49,960 nucleotides of DNA from Ministeria vibrans ATCC 50519 (Eukaryota > Protista > Filasterea). The stretch lies in NCBI GenBank assembly GCA_943704425.1, contig CALSCP010001671.1, positions 1 through 49,960 on the forward strand, in the 5' to 3' direction. The notes under the pieces were generated by a model. That model worked only from the letters and a program-made list of their open reading frames with translations, was not told where the DNA came from and did not search any database. Made by a program: the position numbers and the translations under genes. Shown here piece after piece: positions 22,801-36,482 of this stretch (position 1 is its first letter; each line of letters begins with the position of its first letter).

Positions 22801-24945
22801 AGGAGGAGTTTGGGTTGCCCAAGAGCGAGTTTATGCACTTGCATCGGTGGGGTGTGATCAAGTTGCTGAAGAAGCTGTCGACGGAGCGCGCGCTGGCAGA
22901 AGACGACCAAGCGGAGGTGAGCAAGTGGGCTCGCAACGAGCGCTACAGCATCAAGGCACATCAAGAGCGATTTCGACGCGAGCGCCAGGAGCGCTGGGAG
23001 ATGGAGCGACAGAATTTGCTTGACCGAGACTTGCCGTATGACAGTGATGACGACGATGAGTTGGGATCAGATGGGGAGTCCATGTCGGATCTTGAGGCGG
23101 AAATGGAAGATGTCATGGGGCCGGAGGTGACAGAGGAGACAGAGGAGCAGGCACACGAGAGGTTCCTCAAAAAGGTTGCCAGTGGGGCGATGGGCATGGG
23201 TGGAGGAGAGTCAGGCACGGACACGGCGGCTGCATCGGGCGCGGCGACACCCAGTGGAGCCGGAGAAGGAGCTGGTGATGCCGAGGACAAGGCACAACGC
23301 AAGAAGGACAAGGCGAAGCGACCGGAACGCAAGCCAACATTGCTCAAGATTACGCGCACCGCTGGAAATGGTCGCGTGAACGAAGAGGTGGTCACCGATC
23401 CTCGTGTTATTACACGTTACCTTGAGCTGGCGCGAGCCAAAGAGCAGTATGGAGAATAGAAGAGAAGAAAAGAAGAGAAAAAAACAACTCAAAGGACTAC
23501 TTTATTTCATGTGTAGATTGCGGAAGAAGCAGGAGAGGGAGAAGGAAAAGGTGAAGCGGACACAGGCAGTTCGCACGGCACCGGCAACCACTACGACAGG
23601 CCCTATTTCCAAGACGAATGTCATTTGTTCGCGGTGCAAAGAGGTCCGAACCCAAAGACGTATAATAATTATATCATTTCCCTCGTTCATCCTTTTTTTT
23701 TTGACTTGTTAGGTGGATGGAGTGAATCGACATCATGCACGAAGCAACAAGAACTGTCCGTCACTGGGACGAGAGGCGCCCAAAGAGAAGCGGAAGAAGG
23801 GAGGGGGAGGGGGAGGAGGAGGGGCGAACAAGGCGGGTAAGACACCGGTGCAGATGGAGAGCGGGGCGACGTGGTTGCGACACAATGGGCCCAAGGCCCG
23901 GCTGTTTGGCGGGGGAGGCGGAGGAGGTGGTGGAGGAGGTGGTGGGGGCAGTCATAAGCGACGTCGTGCTCAGCAATGGAGTGACGATGAGGATGAAAAT
24001 CTTTCGGACTATATGGACGACAGTGACGATGGACGGCCCAAGAAACGTGCCAAGAGTGGTGGTGGGGCACGACGACGCACTGGCGGCGGAGGCGGAGGCG
24101 GTCGCAGTCGGAGTGGTGGTGGTGGGTCGGATGGATGGAGCTTTGTGGAGACGGTCGAACCGGGGAGTCGACGACGACGCAAGACAGCCCACGACGAATT
24201 CAACGAGTTGCTCTTGCGTGCCATCAATTCGTTTTTGCGCGATCCAAACTACGTATGACCAACAGCAATGTCTGTGTGTTTTCTTACTTGTGTGTGTGTG
24301 TGTGTGTGTGTCTTTGTTGTTGTTGTGTAGCAACTGTTTGGTGAGCCTGTGAGCGATGAGGTTGCCGAAGGGTACAGTGAGACGGTGACCAATCCAATGG
24401 ATCTGTCGACCTTGGCCAAAGTAAGTCGTCGTAGTACTTAACGCTATTTAAACGATAGTTCACATGTTTTTAATTTATATTTTGATGCGATGTAGCGCGT
24501 AAAAGCGAATACATACCGCGATCTGGAGGCGTTCAAGGGGGATCTGAAGAAGATTGAGGAAAGCTCGCTGGAGTACAATGGGGCAGAACACTATGTGACA
24601 AAGGCAGCGCGCGATCTGGTACGGCGCCTCACCAACAACCTTAATGCCAACTCGGTCAAGTTTATGCTGCTGGCCAACAAGGTGGCACTTACGGCGGGTG
24701 GGTCGAGCGCCATTGACGATGGTAAGGGGTTCCAATATAGTTATATAATTATATATGTGTGTGTGTTGTCTGATAATGTCTTGTGTTTTTGGTGGGTAGA
24801 CGACGATCCGTCGGAGAGTGAAGGCGATGACGAGTTTGATCCCGAAGTGGCCGATTCTGATGTGGCGGAAGACGAAGAGGAAGATGAGGAGGACTCGGAC
24901 GAGGAAGAAGAAGACGACGACGACGACGAGGACTTTTTTGAATAG
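19172..24945 (+). CDS. TAF1: TFIID subunit 1 (multi-exon)
   Basis: LVLDCNDPHM, NSGNDLWY, FEYCEQ..LSNIGM, DFLLI, AGQILP, LSPWNVTQNF, GNGDPTGASLGYSF, Zn knuckle CSRC..H..NKNCP, C-terminal bromodomain (PMDLSTL..YNG). Confidence 0.93.
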
Positions 24946-25115
24946 CAAACTACTTGTAAAACAGCAAACATTTTTCGAAAGGCTGAACTCATTAGTCATT
25001 GAATCGTTTCAAAATTCAAACATATCACATGCAAGTTCTTGAGAAACACAAGTAATTATGATTAAGAAAAAGAGAAAATCAAAAGTTAAAAGATAATCAT
25101 TGAATTTTGAATAAG

Positions 25116-25472
25116 ATGGCGTATAACATTCCACCGTCTGACAATAGCGACTGGTACAATGGCAACACGGGGGGCGCTGCAGGGCCGAATGCATGGGATA
25201 CAGCGCCCCCGCCGCCAATGTCCGCCTACCAGCAAGGCGGAGGAGGAGCAGGAGAGCAGCCGCAGCAGGCGCACTATACGCCAGCACATCACTACGCGTC
25301 TGCGCCGCAGCAGCCGCCGCCGCAGGCCTCTCACAGGCCTCAACAGCCACAGCAGTATTCCCACCAGCAGTGGGCACCTCCGCCGGGCCCGCCACAGCAG
25401 CAGCAGCAGCAGCAATACAATCAAGGTGATTATTTTATGTGTGCGCAATGAGAGAACGAGCGAAAGACAGAC

Positions 25473-25520
<48 letters not shown>

Positions 25521-27175
25521 AAGAGACACCGCGGCAGAGGGGCGAGGGGTCGGGTCTGGAGCTCATTGCAAGTTGCATGTATGTGTTGTTGTTGTTGTGT
25601 GTGTGTGTGTGTGTGTGTGTTTCAAATATTTCGCCGTGCGTCTGAACCCGCTCTGTTTTCATCCCATGTACAGGACCCGTCGCCACAAACATGCCGCCAG
25701 CGTCGTCCAATGCCATGGGTCCCGGCTACACTACCAATGCGGGCGCCAATACGGCGCTGATCTCGTCGTTTGCGTCGAATTTCATTCAGGGTGCTGGCGA
25801 GTCGTTTGTCAAGGAAAACGTACTGTTAAGACGAAGAGAGCGAAGAGAGAGCTTAATTTTTTTTTGTTTGTTTTTTGTGTGTTGCGTGTAGATGGGTGCT
25901 GTGGGAGGAGCAGTAGACCGTTCCAAGAGTCTTTTGCGCTACTATTTCCATGTGAACACGAAATATGTGGGAAACAAACTGCGCATTGTGCTCTTTCCCT
26001 TTTCCAACAAGGTCAGAACAAGTTAAACTTTTGCCAAGGGACTAACAATCATCCGTGTGCGCGTCCATGTAGAGTTGGGATCGACGACGGACCTCGTCAC
26101 AGGAGTACATGTTGCCTCGCGACGACCTCAACGCACCCGACCTGTACATCCCAAGTAAGGTGACGGAGGGGCGAGTGTGTTTGCTTAGCGTGTGTGTGTC
26201 TGTCTGTGTGTGTGTGTGCTTAGTGTGTGTGGTTAGTGTGTGGTTAGTGTGTGTGGTTAGTGTGTGGTTAGTGTGTGGTTAGTGTGTGTGTGTGTGTGTG
26301 TGTGTGTCTCATTCGCATTGTTCTCGCATGGTCATTCATGGTCCCGTCAGCCATGGGGTTTGCGTCGTACGTGATGCTGGTGGGGCTTCTCCTGGGCACA
26401 CGGTCCCTCTTCACTCCAGAGTCTCTTGGTGCTACTGCCTCCTCTGCTCTTCTCTGGCTCTTCTCCGAGGTTTTTTTGCTCTTTTCTACTTTTTATTTGC
26501 TCAACATCACTCCCAATGGCTCCTCCGTCCATTGGCTTGATTTGCTTGCCTTCTGTGGCTATAAATACGTTGGGTAAGATAGAGAGACAGAGTAAGAGAC
26601 AGAGAGAGACTTATTCTTTCTTGGGTATTGTTATTGCATTTTTTTAGGATCAATGTGACACTATTGAGCAAAATAATGTTTCCTGATTCCCTGGTGTCAC
26701 TATGCGTGTGTCTATACTGTTCAATTACAGTCGCTTGGTTCACCGTAAGACCAAATTTTTTCTGTTTTGTTCGCACTTTGGTGTCTGTGTGTTGTCATTG
26801 TGTTTTTTTTTTGCCTTGTTGTCTCGTTGTTCTCTTTGTCTCTCATTCTCTGTGGGGTTCTCACTACTACCTATGCCTCCTATACTTTCCTTTGTCCCTC
26901 ATTGTTCTCCAATCTCTCTCCCTTTTTCTCTCAGCTCAAAGCCCTTAAGCCTGTTATTATGGACGAGGCCCATGCGGGTGCTCATGTTGGCCGCAAACGC
27001 AGAAACTACTTCTTCCTTATCATTTCAAGTAATCTACACACGCAAACTCAGCAGTGTCTTGTCCCATTCATTCCTCTCTCTCTATTATAGTTTTGCAGGC
27101 TTTCTTTACGTACTATCTGACTCGTTTCTGATTCCACGTTTGGAACAAACACATCAAGATTACATTAAAATATAG
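25116..27175 (+). CDS. YIF1: YIF1 family ER-Golgi membrane protein (multi-exon)
   Basis: LRYYFHVNTKYVGNKLRIVLFPF, PRDDLNAPDLYIP, FTPESLG, LDLLAFCGYKYVG. Confidence 0.92.
26218..26306. repeat. Intronic (GGTTAGTGTGT)n minisatellite merging into (GT)n
   Basis: Five GGTTAG cores separated by short GT runs, in a YIF1 intron. Confidence 0.85.
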
Positions 27176-27275
27176 CACTTTCTCTCTCTCGTTTATGGGA
27201 CCAAACCATTTAATTTATCACTCAGTCAAATACAAAAGATCGAAATTCGAATACACTCAGAGTTTTGTGCCAAAC

Positions 27276-27657
27276 ATGTTCCACAGCTCGACGCACCGAC
27301 GCTGGCTTGTGCCGGACCTGGAACAGATTCGAGCACGCCGCGCGGAGGCCAACGAGAAGGCAGTGAAGCAGCTGACAAGAGCCGCGCAGCAACGCACTTC
27401 CTCCGGCGCACTTCCCCAGTTTCTCACGGCCGAACAAGAGCTCCTTATCTGCCACGAGACAGAGCAGAAGCTCGTGCTCTCCTGTGGAGCAATCCCCAAC
27501 ATTCCGCTGTCGCCAAATGTTCTGGTATGGCAAGAGAGGGCGAGAAGTCGTCCCTGAAACGAAACGAAACCGACCGATTGCAGACGTGTGCCCTTACCTA
27601 CTTCAAACGGTACTATCTGGACAACTCAGTGATGAACTACGACACTACGCACATGAT
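27276..27657 (+). CDS. CCNH: Cyclin H, 5' part only (exons 27276-27524, 27584-27657)
   Basis: MFHSSTHRRW..R.EAN..FLTAEQE..|TCALTYFKRYYLDNSVMNY; no convincing downstream exons. Confidence 0.88.

Positions 27658-27661
<4 letters not shown>

Positions 27662-27744
<83 letters not shown>
27662..27744. repeat. (GA)n microsatellite at the cyclin H / TRAPPC11 junction
   Basis: 83-bp perfect GA run. Confidence 0.97.
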
Positions 27745-27746
<2 letters not shown>

Positions 27747-27796
27747 AGTGACACAACAACTCACGAACAAGAATTTTTTAGACTGATTGTTTTTAC

Positions 27797-30700
27797 CGCA
27801 TGTGACCACAAAGAGCGCCGGTTGAACATCAATAGTGGGCAGAGCAAAAACACTCTCAAACTCATCCGTTGCATTACCAGTCCTAACACCAAAGAGAATA
27901 AGACGAAGAAAAAACGAACACACTCATTGGATTCTTACCGTTTCCAGTACACAGAAATGGACCCGAGAGAGCGAGAAGAAGTGTCAGGCTCGGCAATATT
28001 GGTCTGTGTGTGAGAGGAATTCGCACGAGCAGTGGTACAGAAAGCCATTTGATCCCCAGAGCGGAGAGTGAGAGGATCTATATATAAAAATATATTTAAA
28101 AAACGAGTGCGTGAGTAAAAGAGGCGCGGAGATGGTTTAAGGGTTTGTACTGGATAGGCTGTGTCCGTGCTGAGAGACAAGAGAGAGGGAAGAGGAGAGG
28201 GAAGGAGTGATGCGGAGAAGGGTGAGGCCGTCAGGGGCATTGCAGCGGAGGGTGGTAACGATGGGGAAGAGACGTGGGGAGGAGAGGGAGAGCGGAGCCT
28301 GGAAGCAGGCTTGGAGGGGGTGGACGACGGGAAGGGACGCAGAGTGGGCGGCCGTGCACGAGTGGGTGGTGGAGCCAAGCGGGAGGGTGTATGAGGCACG
28401 GGTGGTGAGACTGCATTGCGATGGAGAGCGCTGTTGTTGTTGCTGCTGTTGCTGTTGTGGTGGTGTGGCAGCGGTGGATGAGATGGCGGTGCCTGAGCAC
28501 AAGAGAAAGAGGGACTCGCTTGCGGTTGTGTTGGGTTCGAGTGGCGCACTGAGGTTGAGGGTGAGGGATGGACCCATGGGAATGCGACTGGCGTTGCACA
28601 GTGAGTACGCGACCAGCGTGGTCTCGCCTGTGCTGGGCGATGCCCCAGATACATCCACGGTGATCTTGACGGCATCACACGCGACCAACTCATTGTTGCA
28701 CAGCTCAATGCGCATCGGACACATCTCACCAACAAGCACAGGGGCTGTGTCGACGACAAGACGCACTGACAGCTGGGCGGCGCGCGGGGTCACACGGACA
28801 ACGGGCCGCGGCACAATGGCGTCCCATGCGCCCGAGCACAGCTGAGCGGCCTTCTCCGGCGTGTCAATGAGAGCGGCGTACCGTGAAATCATCAGTGTCT
28901 TGGCATTGCCTGCGTTGCCGCCGCGACGAGCCGCTTTGAAGCCTTCAGTGATGTTCCACGCAAGGCGCACACTCACTGCGTCGCCACCAAGTTCAAGAGT
29001 GACGCGTGAGCAGTCAAACTGAGCACCAGCAGAGACAGGTGAGGGTGGCACAGCAGCACCAACACCAGTAGCAGTCGCGTCGCTCTCTGAAGAAGTCGAG
29101 GGAGTAGAAGCTGGTGCGGCAGTGGTGGGTGGGGGAAGAATAGGACAGATGTCAAAGGTGTACATGTATGTTTGGTCGGGGACAAGCTGGACAAGCGCAT
29201 TGGGGTTGTCGGGCGAAAGAGACTGTGAGAGTTCAGTGCGATCCGAAGAAATTGAAGGAGTTGAAGGGGTGGAAGTCGCTGTCGCAGTGGGGGTGAGACC
29301 ATAGACAAGAGAAACACGACGGGCGCGGAGGGGGTATGGAGTGTGGGTGCGGATGAACACGCGCAGTTGTATGGTATCACCGGCAGAGCACTGTGCAGTA
29401 CTAAACTGCACTGCGCACGCGAGGGGCGACATGGAGCCGTGGAGGTCGATGGGTTCGGAGGGAAGTGAGGAGAGAATGCGAGACCAGCTGGCGTCGGAGA
29501 CAGCGCGGTCAATGCCGCCGCGGGGCAGCAGACGCGGGTTGAGCTGCGTCGGGGGCTCGGGGACAATACCATCAAGCACACGCTGGATGTCGTGCTGGAT
29601 CGACTCGCGTGCGGGTGAGCCCAAGGCAACGTTCTCAAAGGCAATTTGAAGGTATGTGTTCATCTGAGCGGCACAGTAGGCAGAGACAAACGAGTCTGCG
29701 AGTACAGATGCTAGCATAGCATGCCATCGCTCACGACGGTACTCGTGCGCGACACGCAGGTAGGACTGAAGTGCGCGTTCGTGTGCGTTGGCATGGGCAT
29801 TCTCACGGGCCATTTCGGTCTTGAGTGCGTAGATGACACGCGTGGCAACGCGGTGGTGGTAGCGCTCGCAGGCCTCGGCAAGGAGACAGAGAATCTCGTC
29901 GCTAGCCTTGACAGGCGAAAGTGGCACATATGGGTCTTGGCCATAGAAGAGCAGTGATGAGTCAGTGTCAGTGTCATCGATGTCTGCAGTTGGTGTGGTG
30001 AGGCTGTCAAGTGGCACAAAGTTGAGAGTGGCGCGGGAGCGGACAGCGTGGTGAGCAGCGAGACGGTAGTAGGCGCCCGGGTGCTGGTGGCCGTCGGTGC
30101 TGTGGGCACTGGCGGAGAGCAGATCCGCAAAAACACGGTGTTGGTCGGCGAGCCAATGGTGGTGGTCGGCAAGCTCAAGGAGTTGCGCAGGCGAACACTG
30201 TTGTTGTTGTTGTTGTTGCTGTTGTTGTTGTTGTGAGTGAGAGCGAGACGAGGGAGAGCCAAAAGGGGAAAGAATAGCACCGGTACTGGGGACACTGGCG
30301 CGCAAAGAGCCGCCGGTGGAAGAAGAAGAGATGGCGTAGTGTTGAATGTGCGTGCGATGCTGGTCGCGAGCCTCACGCGCGCTCCCGAGCGACAGGTGAA
30401 GCGAGCAGATCTTGCGGTGGAGCAGAGCGGCGACCCAGCGGACTTCGCGCTGAGAGCACGTGTTGACATCTTTGAGGTGCATGTAGGCGCTGCCGTAGTA
30501 CTTAAGGGCGCTGCGTGCGTCACCACGGCACTCGGCAAAGTGGGCCATTTTGAAGTAGTGACGCGTAATGAGGTGCACTTGAGTCTGGCGGTTCAGCTGG
30601 TCACGCACATTCTTGATGCGTCGTGCACGATCACGGCAGTAGTGCGACGCCTGTTCGTAGACGGCAGCATCGATGTGTGCCGCGTCCGTTGCAAGGTCGC

Positions 30701-30903
30701 CGTTGGGCAAGAGCGACAACAACGGTACTCGCATGTCCACACCCCACTGACGCCGCGCACCAAACGTGCGCTCTTCCACAAGCTGATCCGATGCTGGTGC
30801 TTCCGTGATGCACAACACTGGAACAATCTTCGTGCCGCGACTCTTCACTTGGGCTCTGCAAATGACAGAGTGCCAAATGAACATAAAACAGTCTCCATGT
30901 CAA

Positions 30904-30937
<34 letters not shown>

Positions 30938-31541
30938 ACACCGAATGGAAAATGGAGTTTTACCGAATATTCTGCAGTGTCGAAGCACATTCCATTTCGC
31001 GAGCAGACCAGTTCGGGTCGTTCCAGTTGATCTCAAGGAAAACGAGCACCACAGCGGGCACGAGTGTCGTGTGCTTGTGAATCCATTTGCGCTTGAGAAT
31101 CCCGATGGATGCGGCGGGTGAAGAGAGCGCTGCTGCGGCCGCTTCGTCGCTCGGGGCGGGCCCCGGGGCGGAGGACGTGACACTGGAAGATCGATCGTCG
31201 CCTTGGGCGGCCGGCTACGGGGAAAGGGCAAGGGGAAAGCGGGTGGTGAGGAGGACAAAGAAAAAGCGGGATGGACATCGAAACAGTGAGAGAGAGATAG
31301 AGAGAGAAGAAAGAGAAAAGAGATTGTGAGCTGATCGTACCAGGCGACTACTCTTGGGCAGCGGGAAGGGCTCTTGGTCGGTATGTACAAGGTAGGTGAT
31401 GGGGCGCCGTTCGCCCGACGAGGCTGCTGCCGCTTGCGTCGCTGCTCGGAGCGCCCCTAAGAGAGGGGCGCGCGACACGGGCAGGCCCACCAGAGAGCAC
31501 AAGGCCTGGGGGTTGTTCTGGAGTTCCCCAGGTAGAGACAT
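27797..31541 (-). CDS. TRAPPC11: TRAPP complex subunit 11 (multi-exon; 3' end apparently missing)
   Basis: LPGEL..PQAL..LVGL, GILKRKWIHKH..VPAVVLVFLEINW, RHYFKMAHFAE, HPGAYYRLAA, YRRERW, LGSISVYWKR; the last visible exon ends at a GT donor. Confidence 0.9.
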
Positions 31542-31657
31542 GAGACGAAATAAAAGTGTCAAAATTTAAGTTTTTTCAGTTGGACTTGACTTGTTGTTTA
31601 CGTTCACCGTTCACAGTCACTTCACATCACTTTTTTTTGTATAACATCCCTGTGTGC

Positions 31658-34600
31658 ATGCGGCGACCGAGGATTCTGGTTTGCGTAGCACTAGTGTGCG
31701 TCGCGCTCCTGATCGAGGGTGTCTATGCGGGTGCTGACTACTATGCGCTGCTGGGCATTGAGCGAACCGCAACATCGAAGGAGATCAAGAAAGCGTACAA
31801 AGTGAAGGCTCTCGAGATGCACCCCGACAAGAATGTTGAGGTATGGCCATGTACCAGCTGCCATTGCGCGTTTGGCGTGGAGGGGGAGGGGGGTTTGGTT
31901 TTTTGAGAGAGAGAGAGAGCCGCAGATCAAAATTTGCGGCGACGAATGAGAAAATTCCACGTCGACTCTGTTTGTCTGGTGGTGGGGGTGCGTGCGATCG
32001 GACCCGCCCTACCATGGGGGCTCTTGGGTTGGGTGTCGTTGGTTGCAGTCGCGTGCGGAACAGACTGTGATCTGGCGTCAGAGCGGCAGTCGAAAGAAGA
32101 GCGCAGAACTTTCTCTGTTTCTCTCACGTCTCTCTCTCACTTTGTTTCTTTCTCCCTCCTCTCTCTCTCCCCCCCTCTCTCTCTCTCTCTCGCTGTCGTT
32201 TATTAGGACCCCGATGCACACGACAAGTTTCTTAAGATCAACGCTGCCTATGAAGTGCTCAAGGACGAGGAGATGCGAAAGAAATACGATCAGTTTGGCG
32301 AAGAAGGACTTAACGAGGAGAAGCAACGACCGCAAGACCCCTTTGCGAATCTGTACGACAACGAGCCGACCGTGGTCGATCTGGACCACCAGGCTTTTAT
32401 GAGTCGCGTCATGAACTCACGGCAGGCCTGGTTTGTTAACTTTTACTCTCCCCAGTGCGGTCACTGTGTTGAAATTGTGCCCGACGTAAGAATGTTGAAT
32501 CATTATATTATTATTATTATATGATATAATGTGTGTGTGTCTGTGCGTAGTGGAAGGAGACGGCTCGTCAACTTGACGGCACGGTGAAAGTGGGTGCAGT
32601 GAACTGTGCGCGACAACAAATGCTGTGCCACCAGTTCAACATTCGTCGCTATCCGTCGCGCGTCTTCTACCGTCCCGACGTCGACAAGCACCGCACAGCC
32701 CCGGCTCTCTTCAAGGGTGATGGCGTCGAGGAAATGGTCAAGTTTTCACTCGATCTTCTTCAGATTCAGATTCAATCGTAAGACGAGACAACCCCAAACC
32801 ATTCCGATAATATTATTATATTATTGACGTCTTCCATTGTATATACGATTCAGTCGGTCGTCTCCAATGCCACTTGAAGGCTCTAAGATCCGTGTCCATG
32901 GCTTCTGTCGCACGTCTTCAGACTGCGACGAGCTGCGTCTCGAGCTGAAAAAGGTATTGCAGAGCGAGAGGAGAAAGCCACAACGTGACGTGTAGAGAAT
33001 GTCTTTGTGTTTTTTTTTGACTGTCCTCATGTTCTTTCACGGTAGGTCTCGGCCATTTTGGGTGAATTGGTGCGAGTGATTCTTGTGGAGTGTGACAGCA
33101 GCAGTAACAGCGAGGATGAGAGGGACGCGTGTACGAGCGAGTGTGAGTCGTCGTCATCGTCGTGGATGGAGGCGTTCACAGTGGCTGGAGAGCGCAAACG
33201 AGTGTGTCTGACGGGGACGAATGGGAAGCAAGTGGCGCTGGAAGTGTTTGCGCTGGTGCCATCTGCCGTGGCGCATGTCGATGGAAGTGCACTGCCACAG
33301 GGCCTTTTTGACGAACAGAGTGGAGTGGCCGCGGTGATTCGCGCGCGACTGTTGTTTGTGCGGGATGTGGATGCGTGTGACGAGCGCTGTCAGATGCAAC
33401 TGCTGTCGTTTGTGCGTCTTGTGCAGCGTGGACGGCTGAATGGGGTGCAGGTAGACGGCCTGGTGATCGACGGACACTATGCGGAGATTGCTCAGTCGCT
33501 GTTTGGTGGCGGGACAGTCATGTCACGACCGACAGTGGTACTGTGGCGTCGCGAGGGCACGTTTGAGGAGTATTTGGGTGACATGAGCGACACAGCGGAG
33601 CTTGAGCAGTTTGCCGAGGACGCAGCGACGTCGACGGTGCGTGCGCTGTCGCCGCGCGAGCTGACACGAATCATTGGTGGAAATGACGAGGAAGTGGTGT
33701 GGATTGTGGACTTTTTCACGCCGTGGTGCGGACCGTGTCGCGAGATGGCGAGAATGCTGCGGGAGGCGGAGCGGCAGGTGCACCAGCAGCGGGGAGACCG
33801 GAAGATCCGCTTTGGCACGGTGGACTGTGCTCGTCATGGGGCTGCATGTAGCCACATCCGCCAGTATCCGTCACTGGTGCTGTACCGTCCGACGGGCGAG
33901 AGTGTCCACCATTTTGGCGGTGGGCACATGCAAGATGGCTCTGAGAACATTGTGTCGTTCATCAACGATGTGCTTGACGAGCGAGTCGCACGTCTGACCA
34001 TTGACAACTTTGACGCCACTGTGGTTCCGGGCGAGGCGGACTGGTTCGTGGCGTTTAGTTCGCCTCGCTGGTGCCCGCCCTGCCGTGATTACCAGAGCCA
34101 ATTTATGGCGGCTGCCCGGCAGCTTCCGCAGTTGCGCTTTGGCCATGTGGACTGCGACGACGAAGGTGAGCTGTGCCAACGCTTCTCCATTGGATCCTAT
34201 CCGTCTACCATGTTTCTCAAAATTAAGAAACGCGATCCGGTAAGAGAATGGAATGTGTTTTTGCAAAAGTAGAGCACTTCTTATACAATTGTGTGTGCAT
34301 ACCAGTCGATGCGAGTGGAGAAGGATCCCCACACGCCAATCCAGCCGGGGTTCATGCAGACACAGGGTGTCGTTGAGATGTACTACCAGCACTCGACGAC
34401 GTACGTCCAGAAGATTGGTGGGAAGAACTTCCATCAAAAAGTACAGATGGGACAGGTACGAATCCATTTTGCAAGTGCGCGACGCACAGCGTTTATGTAA
34501 TGTGTGTGTGTGTGTGTAGCAAGCAGTGCTTGTGTCGTTTGGGGCCAACTGGTGCGGGCCGTGTCAGGAGTTCAAGCCCATCTTCCGACAGATTGCGCAG

Positions 34601-34879
34601 CGGGTGGCTCAGTTGGCGAATGGTGTTGAAGAGGACGCTGATGCGGACGAAGTGGGCCGCAATGGGATTGTGTCATTTGGGATTGTTGACTGCGCGATGA
34701 ACCAACGGTTGTGCTCGCAAGTGCCGCAGCTGGCGCACTACCCTATGATGATGTTGTACATGGGCGGCGAAGGGCGACGCCAGCCGCATCCCATCCACGG
34801 CCACATATGGGATGCGGAGGGCATTGCGCATGAAGTCGCGCAGATGCTCGATTCCTTCCGTCAACGCGATGAGCTCTGA
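31658..34879 (+). CDS. DNAJC10: ERdj5-type J-domain/thioredoxin ER reductase (multi-exon)
   Basis: Signal peptide, J domain (HPDKN), four Trx CxxC motifs (CGHC, CGPC, CPPC, CGPC), C-terminal RDEL. Confidence 0.95.
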
Positions 34880-34963
34880 CATGCGTATTTTTTTATTGAT
34901 AATAATAATTATTACTATTAATGTTTGAACAAACTAATAATATTATGTGTGCGTGTGTCTTTT

Positions 34964-36191
34964 CTATTGGGATTTGAGTGCTTGTGTGATGCGATTGATG
35001 AGCAAAGTGATGTGATCGAGGGTAGTTTCACGCCCGACGCTCAATCGGAGTGCTTTGAGGGCACATTCGTGTGAGACGCCGCTGCGAATGAGCGTCTTGG
35101 AGGCACCTCCGTGGGCGTGGCAGGCAGCGCCGGTGCTCGCAAAAACACCGGGGAGTGCAGCAAGCAAGTGTGCGCCCGATTGAGTGATGTCAAGCAGCGC
35201 TATATTGCAGGTGTTGGGCAGACGCAGAGCGTGTGCACCGTTGACCACCACACGCGATGCCCCGAGTGCTGCACGAAGTCCCTCTTCAAGTGCGTCGCGT
35301 GTCCTTCTCATCTCAAGCGCGTGTGTGTCCAGCTGCTCCGTGACGAGTGCAGCTGCCGCGCCCAGTCCAGCGATCATAGCGACATTTTCGGTGCCCGCCC
35401 GCAGACCAGTCTCTTGGCCTCCCCCAACAAAGAGCGGCTGAAGTAGAGCGCGATTGCGCGCATAGAGTGCACCTACACGAGGTCCGTAGAATTTGTGTCC
35501 GACAATGGTGAGAAAGTCGACAGCGAGCGCCGAGACGTCGACGGGTATTTTGCCAATGGCTTGTGCGGCATCAGTGTGCACTAAAATGGAGGGGAACAGC
35601 GCCTTGAGCTGCCGCGCCATGTCGCCCACGGGCATGATGATGCCCGTCTCGTTGTTGGCAAGCATGACCGACACAAGAACGCGCTCGCCCTCCTGCACGC
35701 CGGCGTACACCTTGCGCGCCGCCTCCACCACCTGACGAGCCGCAAATGTGTCGAGTGGTGTGAATGTGCTTTGTGAGTTGTTGTTTACATCATACCGATT
35801 CGGCGGTCACCACGCCATTCGTTGCTTCGACAATAGTGACAGAGGCACTGTGGCTGTCGCGCAGACGCTGGCAGGGAAGCTCGACAGACGGGTGCTCAAT
35901 GTTTGACGTGATGATGTGCTTCACGCTGGGCAGACCGCGCTCCAAGACCCACGCGTTGGCCTCGGTGCCGCCCGACACAAAGACGATGTCCTGGTCGTCG
36001 TGGGCACCGACCAGGCGGGCGACCTGCCTGCGCGCAAGGTCGACGGCGGCACGAGCTGCTCGACCGGCCGGGTGTTGCGACGACGGATTCCCCCACGCGC
36101 TCAGCAGCGTTTCTGAGATCACCTGCGCGACCTCCTTGGCAACAGGCGTTGTCGCGTTGTTGTCGACGTACACTGCGCTATCCATGTCCAT
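34964..36191 (-). CDS. SCLY: Selenocysteine lyase-like class V PLP enzyme (2 exons)
   Basis: YVDNNATTP, WGNPSS, SGGTEAN, MLANNETG, HTDAAQ, IVGHKFYGPR, GGGQE, GAACH, RLSVGRETT. Confidence 0.82.
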
Positions 36192-36482
36192 GACAGGCAA
36201 CAAATTTAGAGTCATCATATTGTTATTTGTTGTTGATCAAGGGGAGATCATAATAACTATAGCTTAGTCAAACTCTGAACCAGGACTCCAAGAGTAACCG
36301 AGTGAAAGTAGACTCTAGCGACTAGACTGTGGGGTAGAAGCAATTAAGGACGAGCACTGTAGACGAGCGCCTTCCACCGTGCTTTCAATCTGGGCCAAAC
36401 GCCCAATGCCGGAGTGAGTGAGTGAGTGAGTGAATGCCCAATTACAACTACTTCTTTTCTTCTACTTCTTTTATAATACATC

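Noticed and set aside
26218-26290. Interstitial telomere (GGTTAG cores; also CCCTAACCC near 6873)
   Set aside because: No tandem TTAGGG; better explained as a GT-derived intronic minisatellite.
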